From positions 1-24,089 of the forward strand of contig JAUWBL010000001.1 of NCBI GenBank assembly GCA_030601715.1: DNA of 24,089 bases. Reading direction: 5' to 3'. Positions 16,438 through 23,840 of this stretch are shown here, piece by piece. Source of the DNA: Candidatus Geothermarchaeota archaeon. GTDB taxonomy: Archaea; Thermoproteota; Nitrososphaeria; Geothermarchaeales; JAUWBL01. How positions within the stretch are numbered: the stretch's first letter is position 1; each line of letters starts with the position of its first letter. The position numbers were made by a program, and so were the translations under genes. The notes under the pieces are model-generated. The model was not told the origin of the DNA. It did not search any database and was given only the letters and a program-made list of their open reading frames with translations.

Positions 16438-17595
16438 ATGAGCAGAGGCAAGCTCTTTCTTCGGGACGCTCAGCGGAAACTGGATGTGTCCTACGTTCCC
16501 ACGACGCTACCTCATCGCGAGAATCAGATCGACACCATTGTCGCCTGCTTCGAACCTCTCCTTGAGAGCCTGCCCATGGGTTTTCACCCTCCTCTGCTCT
16601 ATGGGCCCACGGGCACCGGGAAAACCTCCTGCATGAAGAAGGCGGGTGAGAAGATCGAATCGGAAGTGCGGGAGAAGCTGTCCCTTCATTATGTTCACCT
16701 CAACTGTGCTGTTCTTGGGCGGAGCTATCTTGTTGCTCAAAAGATGGCTGAACGGGTTACCTCGATCCCAGCAAGAGGCTACGGGGAAGCGGAGTTGCTT
16801 ACAAAGACCTACGAGGAGTTGGAAGCTAGGGACGAGTACATGGTTCTCGTTCTGGATGATGTCGACGAACTCATCCGCCGGGACAGCGGACACCTTCTTT
16901 TCGCGATCACAAGGCTGGAGGAGGCAGCGGAGCTGGAGGCAAACAGGATACTGCCGGTTCTCATAATGAAGAAGGCGAAGACTCTGATGATAGCTCAGCC
17001 GGCTGCCAGGTCAAAGGTAACGGGCCCCAAGATAGAGTTCCCTCCGTACGACTACGGTGAGATGAGGTCGATCGTCCGGCAGAGGGTTAGGCTGGCGTTC
17101 AGGCGAGACGCGGTCTCAGCTCCAGCGGCGAACCAGATAAGCTTCAACGGAGCTCGGCTCGGAAGCGGGGATGCGCGATACTCCATAGGCCTTCTCCAGA
17201 TGAGCGGGGTAGCCGCAGAGAGAGGAAACTCCAAGAAGGTACGTGTGGAACACGTTCGAATGGCCCAGCAGACATATGATGACAGGATCCCCAGACAGAT
17301 TGGAGATCTCACCGATGCGGATGGGTTCTTGGTTCTTCTGGCTGTCGCCAAGTTCTTCAAACATCATCGTGATAGTTTCGCGGCTTCCCGAACGATTATC
17401 ACCGCCTCCTACAGGAAACTGGCGACAGCCTCCCAATCTCCGGTGCTCTCAGGTAGTCAGCTCAGGAAGAAGTTGGCTGAGCTGGAAGAGAACGGCCTTC
17501 TTTACAGATCCGGAAGAGGACTAGCCTTACCCTATATGTCGGCCGAATCGCTCTACGAGAGACTGCTCCCCCTAACCTCTGGACAGTTTCAGTGA
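16438..17595 (+). CDS. cdc6: Orc1/Cdc6-family AAA+ protein, divergent paralog
   Basis: YVPTTLPHRENQI, GPTGTGKT, VHLNC, VLDDVD, FPPY and GDAR, plus a C-terminal winged helix. Confidence 0.88.
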   Translation: MSRGKLFLRDAQRKLDVSYVPTTLPHRENQIDTIVACFEPLLESLPMGFHPPLLYGPTGTGKTSCMKKAGEKIESEVREKLSLHYVHLNCAVLGRSYLVAQKMAERVTSIPARGYGEAELLTKTYEELEARDEYMVLVLDDVDELIRRDSGHLLFAITRLEEAAELEANRILPVLIMKKAKTLMIAQPAARSKVTGPKIEFPPYDYGEMRSIVRQRVRLAFRRDAVSAPAANQISFNGARLGSGDARYSIGLLQMSGVAAERGNSKKVRVEHVRMAQQTYDDRIPRQIGDLTDADGFLVLLAVAKFFKHHRDSFAASRTIITASYRKLATASQSPVLSGSQLRKKLAELEENGLLYRSGRGLALPYMSAESLYERLLPLTSGQFQ

Positions 17596-17656
17596 CCTCT
17601 CTCTCCTGCGGATACAGAGATCTCACCCTCGAAGACGGAGGACGATCGGATCAGAC

Positions 17657-17947
17657 ATGTCAGGAAAGATTTCGGTCTACGCACCATTCGATTGTGACCC
17701 CGTTAGACTCAGGCAGATGGTGGAGATAGTAAGGTCAGAAGCTAGAGAACTCGGTCTCGACCTAGTTGGGCCGTTTGGGAGGGACGACAACAGGATATGC
17801 GTCTTCTATGAAGACTCGGAGGCGAAATGTTATGTGTACGTTGACAATTACGAGAAGCCTCTCAACATGGAGAAGGCAGCCCTGACCATCCGGGTCATGG
17901 TTGCAATGACTCGGATGAGAAAGCAAGCCATACGGGTCAGCGCGTAG
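17657..17947 (+). CDS. Small hypothetical protein (96 aa)
   Basis: ORF with GGAGG upstream and a plausible alpha/beta pattern. No family recognised. Confidence 0.65.
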   Translation: MSGKISVYAPFDCDPVRLRQMVEIVRSEARELGLDLVGPFGRDDNRICVFYEDSEAKCYVYVDNYEKPLNMEKAALTIRVMVAMTRMRKQAIRVSA

Positions 17948-18014
17948 CCGGTCCGGGCATTAGTCGTTGGGCGTCGTGGCTGCCTGAGCGGATCTAAGTC
18001 GGTTAGCTTTCCTG

Positions 18015-19184
18015 CTACAGTCCCAGGATGGCTCCCTCGATCCTGTCCATGGCCTCTTGGATGTATTCAAACGAGAAGGAGTAGGCAAATCGGACGAACC
18101 CCTCTCCGCGCTCGCCGAAGATGCTTCCGGGGGTCGTCGCCATCTTCCCTTCCCTGAGGAGCAACTTGACGAACTCCATGCTTGTCATTCCCACATCCAC
18201 GAGCCTTGGGAACACGTAGAAGGCCCCCTGGGGCATCCAGCACTCGAATATTTTCATCGAGTTGAGGCGCTCCACGATCATATCTCTTCTTCGCTTGTAC
18301 TCCGCCACCATGTCGACGAGGAAGTCATGTGGACCTTCGAGGGCGGCCAGAGCCGCCTTCTGAGCGATCGCATTCACGCCGTTGACGGAGTATAGCTGGA
18401 CCTTGTAGGCTTGCTCTATTATCTCTCTCGGCGCGGCTAGGTAGCCGATTCGCCATCCGGTCATGGCGTAGGTCTTGGACAAGGAAAAAGCTGTGATGGT
18501 TCGCTCCTTCATCCCTGGGAAGGAACCGATGGAGTAGTGTCGGGCTCCGTCGTAGACAATGTCCTCGTATGGTTCGTCTGAAAAGACATAGAGGTCGTGA
18601 TCTTGGGCGATTTCAGCTAGGGCTTTCAGCTCTTCCTTTGACGCCACCATGCCGGTCGGGTTGTGGGGCGTGTTTATCACGATGGCCCTAGTCCGGTCGG
18701 TTATCAGTTCCATGAAGCTGTCGGGGTCGAGGCGAAAACCTGTTTCCTTTGAGTACTCTAGAGGGACTGACACTCCTTTGCCTCCCGCCATCAGGACCTG
18801 CATCATGTTAGAGGTCCAGTAGGGGTCCGGCACCAGTACCTCGTCGCCAGGGCTGAGGACGGCTTGGGTGGCCGTAAACAGGGCTCCCATGCCTCCGGTC
18901 GTGACCATGATCTCGGTGTTGGCGTTCGTCTCCATCCCGTTTTTCTCTTTCAGCTTCTTCGCAATGGCTTCCCTGAGGGGCACGATTCCAGAGTTGGGGG
19001 TGTAGTGGGTGAAGTTCTCCCTAAGTGCTCCTACTGCAGCCTCCTTGACGTGTACGGGGGTGTCGAAGTCAGGATCGCCGGATTCCAGCCCGACCACTCC
19101 CGTCATTGTGAGTTTCATGTCCCTGATGGTAACAATTCCAGAGGCGGGGACACCCAGAACCTTTCCACATAAACCTCGGCTCAT
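18015..19184 (-). CDS. PLP-dependent aminotransferase class I/II (aspartate aminotransferase-like)
   Basis: GDPDFDTP, THYTPNSG, INTPHNPTG, SDEPY and SLSKTYAMTGWRIG (PLP lysine). ATG 19184 has SD GGAGGT; TTAATAT at 19233-19239 is a likely TATA box. Confidence 0.92.
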   Translation of the reverse strand: MSRGLCGKVLGVPASGIVTIRDMKLTMTGVVGLESGDPDFDTPVHVKEAAVGALRENFTHYTPNSGIVPLREAIAKKLKEKNGMETNANTEIMVTTGGMGALFTATQAVLSPGDEVLVPDPYWTSNMMQVLMAGGKGVSVPLEYSKETGFRLDPDSFMELITDRTRAIVINTPHNPTGMVASKEELKALAEIAQDHDLYVFSDEPYEDIVYDGARHYSIGSFPGMKERTITAFSLSKTYAMTGWRIGYLAAPREIIEQAYKVQLYSVNGVNAIAQKAALAALEGPHDFLVDMVAEYKRRRDMIVERLNSMKIFECWMPQGAFYVFPRLVDVGMTSMEFVKLLLREGKMATTPGSIFGERGEGFVRFAYSFSFEYIQEAMDRIEGAILGL

Positions 19185-19458
19185 TACACGGACCTCCTTT
19201 GCTCGATGCAACGAGATCTACTCTCTGACGTGATATTAACCCTGTTTCCATTCGATCCGGGGATCTGCCTGACTTCAGCCTAACTTACGGAACTCTCCTG
19301 CCTGTTTGACAAGTAGGGACGATAGGGAGGATTAGAGACTGATAGAACGCGAGATACCCAGATCGCGACCATCGAACACCGACAGTGTCAAGCATGCGTG
19401 GGTTTTGTCGGACGCTAAGTGGTGGGGCCGACGGGATTTGAACCCGTGACCGCCAGCG

Positions 19459-19470
19459 TTCTGGATGGTT
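19459..19470 (-). other. tRNA intron 2 (12 nt, canonical position 37/38)
   Basis: Central helix CTGG/CCAG, bulges GG|A and AA|C and a short loop (BHL-type motif). Confidence 0.9.
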
Positions 19471-19477
19471 CCCCAGG

Positions 19478-19497
19478 CTCTCCGCCCACATCGGGCT
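19478..19497 (-). other. tRNA intron 1 (20 nt, position 30/31)
   Basis: Central helix TTCC/GGAG, bulges AG|A and AG|C, inner stem GCCC/GGGC. The outer helix is missing, so this is a relaxed BHB. Confidence 0.85.
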
Positions 19498-19686
19498 CTG
19501 GAATCCTAGACCATGCTAGACCACGGCCCCAGGGTCCTGGACGCCCTCGAAATCCGCTATCTATAGGCGTCATATTCGATGATCGCTCCTACGACTTAAG
19601 ACTGGACATACAGCTGACTGAGATTTCCCCACCCCGTATTCAATGGGAGTAGGTCACACAAACGTCTCGTTTCTTGGCATTTCGCC

Positions 19687-20517
19687 CTAGAGCCTCTTGC
19701 GGAAAGCCAGCTGGTACAGTTCGATGGAAGATTCCTTGCAGGAGGCTAGAATATTCCTGTCGTACCCCCGACATATCAGAAACTTTCTGATCCGAATTCC
19801 CCCTAGCGACTCCTGGGAACCGTATCCCCGGGCTATCCTCAGGAGCTGAGCCACGGCCTCTTCCGTGGCGAGCGTCTCTATCTCCACCACCACAGATCGA
19901 TCAGAAGAGTCACGGAGGATCAGGTCCGCCCTCCCAGTTCCCACGTCTACCTCCATGCCCTCCCTCTGCAGTCCCTCTTCCAGGATTGAAGGATCGTCCC
20001 AGAGCAGCTTGGCTATAGGTCTCTCGGCCATCCCGTCGGCCTCCGTGTAGTCCTCAAGTCCCTTATCAGACATCTTCACAAGCGCCTCCTCAACCGACAC
20101 GTATGATGCCCCTAGCCTGTGTGGAAAGACGCGGTGCGGTCTATCGTCCTTGTAGACCAGCAGAACGGGGGTGTTGCTCAGGTTTAGTCTCTTGCCTTTC
20201 GACAGTGGCAACATGTATCCACCGGAGGTCACGATCTTGCCTCTGGTGTGGGGAGGTATTCCCCTAATCTCGTCCCGTAGCCTAAGAGCGTCTTCAGCAG
20301 ATAGCTCATCGAACTCGTTGACCAAGAGTTCAGCTCCTTGGGAGTCCGCCACCGTCTCCGCCTTCGAGATCAGGTCACTGAGCCTTGTCACGTAAGAAGA
20401 CTCCCGGCCGTACAACAGCAGCATCCGAAACGTCAACGACTTGTCGCCACCTTCGCCCTCTCCCTCACTACTGATCCTGTTGGGCTTTGAGATGGTTGTG
20501 GAAGGATGCCCTTTCAT
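19687..20517 (-). CDS. Unknown N-terminal domain fused to a NucS/EndoMS-like PD-(D/E)XK domain
   Basis: ERPIAKLLWDDPSILEEGL...GRADLILRD...VVVEIE...AVAQLLR follows the NucS C-terminal pattern. ATG 20517 overlaps the kinase stop (ATGA). Confidence 0.7.
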   Translation of the reverse strand: MKGHPSTTISKPNRISSEGEGEGGDKSLTFRMLLLYGRESSYVTRLSDLISKAETVADSQGAELLVNEFDELSAEDALRLRDEIRGIPPHTRGKIVTSGGYMLPLSKGKRLNLSNTPVLLVYKDDRPHRVFPHRLGASYVSVEEALVKMSDKGLEDYTEADGMAERPIAKLLWDDPSILEEGLQREGMEVDVGTGRADLILRDSSDRSVVVEIETLATEEAVAQLLRIARGYGSQESLGGIRIRKFLICRGYDRNILASCKESSIELYQLAFRKRL

Positions 20518-21329
20518 GGTTCAAATAGGCTCAGAACCTCCCGATAGTTTCCAGTGCAGGGGTTTCTCTTGTAGGCCCTTAGGAACCCGAACAGCTCTTC
20601 GAACGAGGTTCTCAGGAGAGCTTCCTGGAAGAGTGCCTTGCTCGGAGAGGTGAAAATGAAGTACTGTATCATCGAGGTGAGGTTTGACGGGACACGTCGC
20701 GTGGAGGCTGACTCGAAGTCGATGATCTTTGTCGCGTCGTCTTCGTCGACGTAAACGTGCTTGTGAGGCCGAGAAAGCTGTCCATGATCCAAGCCTATCT
20801 TGTCCAGAGCCGCGCACTGATCCAGTACCGCCCTAGACAGACGCCAGACGGCCTTGGGAGACTCCTCGGACTGCGCCATCGCCTCTAGATGTTGGTGCAT
20901 GGACCGACCCTCCACTAGCTCCAGAATGAGGATGTCTTCGCCGCTTCCCAGGAGTGTTGGACCCACGCCCACCGAATTCGCGTGGCCAAGCATTTCTGCC
21001 TCGTGCTGCACACTTCCTCTGCCGGAGTCGGTTCGAAGGATCTTCACCGCCACGGCTGAGCCAGCTTTGACGCCCATGAGGACTAGACTTGTCGTTCCCT
21101 TCCCGAGAATCTCGAACTTCCCCAACCGGGTTCCTCCCTGAAGCAGGATTCGATCAATCCCCAGCTCAGCCAGTTCCTCGATCCTCCGAGACGTGACCGT
21201 TCTCTCCTGCGAGGGATACGCCAGGAACCGCCCGATGAACGCGGGGTCGAGCGTGTCAACCGTGAAAGCTCTGTCCTCAGCCTCTGCCGAGGGCTTGACT
21301 CCGATCGTGGCAGATTCCCTCTCCGCTCG
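20514..21329 (-). CDS. Archaeal RIO-like Ser/Thr protein kinase family; end given is the limit of the open frame and the start codon is unresolved
   Basis: ILGKG, VAVK, HGQLS and IIDFESAS motifs. The frame stays open upstream of TTG 21125 and encodes FLAYP...RIEELAELGIDRI up to the cca stop. Confidence 0.8.
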   Translation of the reverse strand, partial: RAERESATIGVKPSAEAEDRAFTVDTLDPAFIGRFLAYPSQERTVTSRRIEELAELGIDRILLQGGTRLGKFEILGKGTTSLVLMGVKAGSAVAVKILRTDSGRGSVQHEAEMLGHANSVGVGPTLLGSGEDILILELVEGRSMHQHLEAMAQSEESPKAVWRLSRAVLDQCAALDKIGLDHGQLSRPHKHVYVDEDDATKIIDFESASTRRVPSNLTSMIQYFIFTSPSKALFQEALLRTSFEELFGFLRAYKRNPCTGNYREVLSLFEP

Positions 21330-22739
21330 TTACGGGGCCTCATGAGATTGGTCGGTCCACCAGAACTCCTTTCGCCCGAGAAAATGGGAGATAGAGGGCT
21401 TGACGATCTCGATTCGACGGGCGGCCTCCGTCAGATCTTCTGTCCCCAGCACTCTCGCCGTCTCCGACACCTCTCCTCGGATCCCCCTAGGTATGATCTC
21501 AACATCCTGCAGGACCTTCTCAAGGGCGGTGACGGCGTTGGTGAGTTCTCTTCTCTTCAGGGCTGCCCATCTGCCCTCTCGCGTGATCCAGACGTGGATC
21601 GACTTGGGGAGGTTCTCCTGCAAGAACGAGGTTTCGTGTCTCTCGTCGTAAGGGTAGGGGCCCATGTGAAGATGCTGTTCTGGTATGTCAAGGGACTGGA
21701 GCTCGAATAGGAGAAGCGACGACGACCTGTAATCGCTATAGGTGTCCCACCTCAGAGGGTTGAAGCCGAACTCCCGAAGCCTGGTTTCGAGGTTCCTGGC
21801 GAGCCGTTCCAGTTGTGGGTGAAGGGTGTCTTCTATCAAGGCTCCGTGGTGGAAGAGCATCCCCATTACGCCCTTCCTCTTGGCCAGCGAGGGTCGCAAG
21901 TCCTCTCGTCCTACGGGGCGCTGCTCGAAGAATAGCCTGCTTGGGACGCTGAGAAAAGCGTGTGAGGCCGAGATGAACAAAGAGAAGGAGAGACGCGACA
22001 CTGCTGCGGCTACGTTGCGTCCCTTGTCCACCGGGTCTACAGCTATGAGGGGGTCTTCCTCGAAGAGCTGAAGGGGGATCTCCGGCGACCCTTCAAAGTG
22101 TCCCTCCACATCGATAACCCTGGGTGGTCTCCAATTGGCTCCAGCCTTCAGCAGTCCTAGGAACGATCGGTGGGCTATGATGAGGAGCTCGCAGAGATAT
22201 CCGGAGAATCCACCGATGGCTGCCTCGGCTCCATACACGCCTATGGATTTCAGAAAGCGTTTCAGGAGGCGTATCTGATCCCTTAGCTCGTCATCCAAGT
22301 GTTCCTCCGCGTACTGAACATGATAGAAGGTTCTATCTACGGCGCTCTTCCACTTCGGGGGCCTCGTTCGATAGGCTGGGATCACGCTGATGTTCAAACC
22401 CTCCGCCTTACCTTCTACATAGGGGTGCTCAGCCCACCGTTCCACGACATCGTATCCTTCGAGAACTCGTCTTCCGATTTTGAGGCCTACCCTCTCGAAT
22501 TCCTCCCTTGACAGGGTGGGTGGCAGGAGAACGAATATGTCGACGTCGATTTCGGATGACAGATAGGTACCCTTTCTCACAGATCCCCCTAGGAAAACCT
22601 CGGCTTCTGGCTCGATTTCCCTCGCCACCTTACCAGTCCTTTCCAGAAATCTATCAGCGACAGCCCTAACCTCGAGAACTTTCCTTGGATTAGGCCTGAT
22701 CTCCTCAAGGATGCGCTCTAGGAGGGATTCGACTTTCAA
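21330..22739 (-). CDS. cca: Class I CCA-adding enzyme
   Basis: GSVRKGTYL...DVDIF, AEHPY, SAVDRT, RLLKRFLKSIGVYGAE...GFSGYLCELL and DPVDKGRNVAAA. TTG 22739 gives MKVESLLE, resembling the start of archaeal CCA enzymes. Confidence 0.95.
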   Translation of the reverse strand: MKVESLLERILEEIRPNPRKVLEVRAVADRFLERTGKVAREIEPEAEVFLGGSVRKGTYLSSEIDVDIFVLLPPTLSREEFERVGLKIGRRVLEGYDVVERWAEHPYVEGKAEGLNISVIPAYRTRPPKWKSAVDRTFYHVQYAEEHLDDELRDQIRLLKRFLKSIGVYGAEAAIGGFSGYLCELLIIAHRSFLGLLKAGANWRPPRVIDVEGHFEGSPEIPLQLFEEDPLIAVDPVDKGRNVAAAVSRLSFSLFISASHAFLSVPSRLFFEQRPVGREDLRPSLAKRKGVMGMLFHHGALIEDTLHPQLERLARNLETRLREFGFNPLRWDTYSDYRSSSLLLFELQSLDIPEQHLHMGPYPYDERHETSFLQENLPKSIHVWITREGRWAALKRRELTNAVTALEKVLQDVEIIPRGIRGEVSETARVLGTEDLTEAARRIEIVKPSISHFLGRKEFWWTDQSHEAP

Positions 22740-22746
22740 CTCAATC
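22738..22746 (+). repeat. 9-bp direct repeat AACTCAATC, left copy (covers the cca start region)
   Basis: Identical to 23832-23840. The flanking bases differ on both sides. Confidence 0.9.
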
Positions 22747-23831
22747 AACCCATAATACGCAGTGTGCATAAGCGGCTTTGAGGAAGGCGCACAATACTGG
22801 GCGAAGTGGGACAGCAACAACCCCAATACGGGCGGGCTGGATCGATAGGAGGCTCATTGGGAGTAGTCGCATTCGCTATATCCTACTCGGCACTTGCCTT
22901 ACTTGCTTAGTGAAGATTGTGCGATGAAAATCGGTCTGGTTCAGTACAACCCCGCTTGGGAGGACAAAGAAAGCAACAAAGAGAAGATTGACTCCCTCTC
23001 GGACGATCTGATAAGGCTGGATCTAATCGTTCTTCCGGAGATGACCCTCACAGGGTTCACAATGAGGTCCTCCAAGTTTGCTGAAGACCTCGAGGGACCA
23101 AGCTTCCACTACTTCTCCAGCCTGGCCAAGGACAACTCCGCCCACGTCATCGCGGGAATAATCGAAAAAGCGCACGAGGGCAGCTTCAACACCCTGCTCC
23201 ACATTTCTCCCCAGGGAAGACTGGAAGCGACCTATAGAAAAATCCATCCCTTCTCCTATTCGGGAGAAGACAGACACTACTGCAGAGGAGAAGCAAACGT
23301 AATCACCACGATAGACACCTGGAAAGTGGGTCTGTCGATCTGCTACGACCTCCGCTTCCCAGAACTTTACAGGGAGTACGGCAAAGACAGGGCTCATCTG
23401 ATAGTTAACATCGCCAACTGGCCTGATGCGAGAATAGATCACTGGAGAACCTTGCTGAAGGCCAGAGCAATCGAGAACCAATGCTACGTAGCGGGGGTGA
23501 ACAGGGTCGGCGAAGCCCCAAGCCTGAGCTATAACGGTTTCAGTGGCCTCTACGACCCGATGGGCAAGGAGATCGCCAGCATCAGGAACAAGGAGATCAC
23601 AATCGTAGCGAACATCGACAAGGATTATGTTGATAAAGTCAGACGCAAGTTTCCCTTTCTAGACGATCTCTACCTGATTTGATAATGCTCAACACAAAAT
23701 CCATATCCGTGGCCTAGCCTCACTAGCTGCATCTACCAGACCGTGGCAGCCTCCCCCACACTTACAAAGCTCCGTGTAGCTAGAGATGAGCTCAAGTTCC
23801 TGACAAATAGTCTACTATTCCGCAGACTGTG
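22747..23831. mobile_element. Candidate inserted cassette (1085 bp) carrying a nitrilase-family gene
   Basis: Bounded by 9-bp direct repeats, and excision restores thpR TGA-G-TTG cca. No transposase or terminal inverted repeats seen. Confidence 0.45.
22924..23682 (+). CDS. Nitrilase / carbon-nitrogen hydrolase family, omega-amidase (YafV/Nit2)-like
   Basis: E-K-C triad (VLPEM, YRKIHPF, ICYDLRFPE), ANWP...HW and ARAIENQCYVAGVNRVG. ATG 22924 (MKIGLVQ). Confidence 0.9.
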   Translation: MKIGLVQYNPAWEDKESNKEKIDSLSDDLIRLDLIVLPEMTLTGFTMRSSKFAEDLEGPSFHYFSSLAKDNSAHVIAGIIEKAHEGSFNTLLHISPQGRLEATYRKIHPFSYSGEDRHYCRGEANVITTIDTWKVGLSICYDLRFPELYREYGKDRAHLIVNIANWPDARIDHWRTLLKARAIENQCYVAGVNRVGEAPSLSYNGFSGLYDPMGKEIASIRNKEITIVANIDKDYVDKVRRKFPFLDDLYLI

Positions 23832-23840
23832 AACTCAATC
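23832..23840 (+). repeat. 9-bp direct repeat AACTCAATC, right copy (covers the thpR stop)
   Basis: Identical to 22738-22746. Confidence 0.9.

Larger units (their letters stand above)
19420..19530 (-). tRNA. tRNA-Pro(GGG) with encoded CCA and two introns (30/31 and 37/38)
   Basis: Acceptor GGGGCCG/CGGCCCC, D arm GTCT/GGAT, anticodon stem CCAGC/GCTGG, loop CTGGGGC and T arm ACGGG-TTCAAAT-CCCGT. Removing 19478-19497 and 19459-19470 gives a 79-nt cloverleaf. Anticodon at 19472-19474. Confidence 0.95.

Noticed and set aside
17980-19272. 8-bp direct repeat CTGCCTGA (17980-17987 and 19265-19272) around the aminotransferase
   Set aside because: An 8-mer match between intergenic regions of this size is reasonably likely by chance, and deleting the segment restores no recognisable junction.
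19240-19419. tRNA-Pro 3' flank as an integration site (att), with a CCGACA/TGTCGG hairpin
   Set aside because: No duplicate of the tRNA 3' end and no integrase in the window. The hairpin may just be a processing or termination structure.
19576-19621. Possible C/D box sRNA (CGATGA...CTGA)
   Set aside because: The C box deviates at the conserved U, there are no convincing C'/D' boxes, and I could not identify a target for the guides.
21083-21343. 86-aa ORF (MRPRNERR...) as a stand-alone gene
   Set aside because: It overlaps the kinase's conserved N-terminal frame and has low-complexity R/S composition. It is kept only as a possible frameshift entry point.
21260-21360. BHB-type mRNA intron that would remove the cca stop or repair the kinase frame
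   Set aside because: A manual search found no bulge-helix-bulge with acceptable flanking helices and a frame-restoring length.
22747-23831. Classical IS element or MITE
   Set aside because: No transposase ORF, and the two ends are not inverted repeats of each other.
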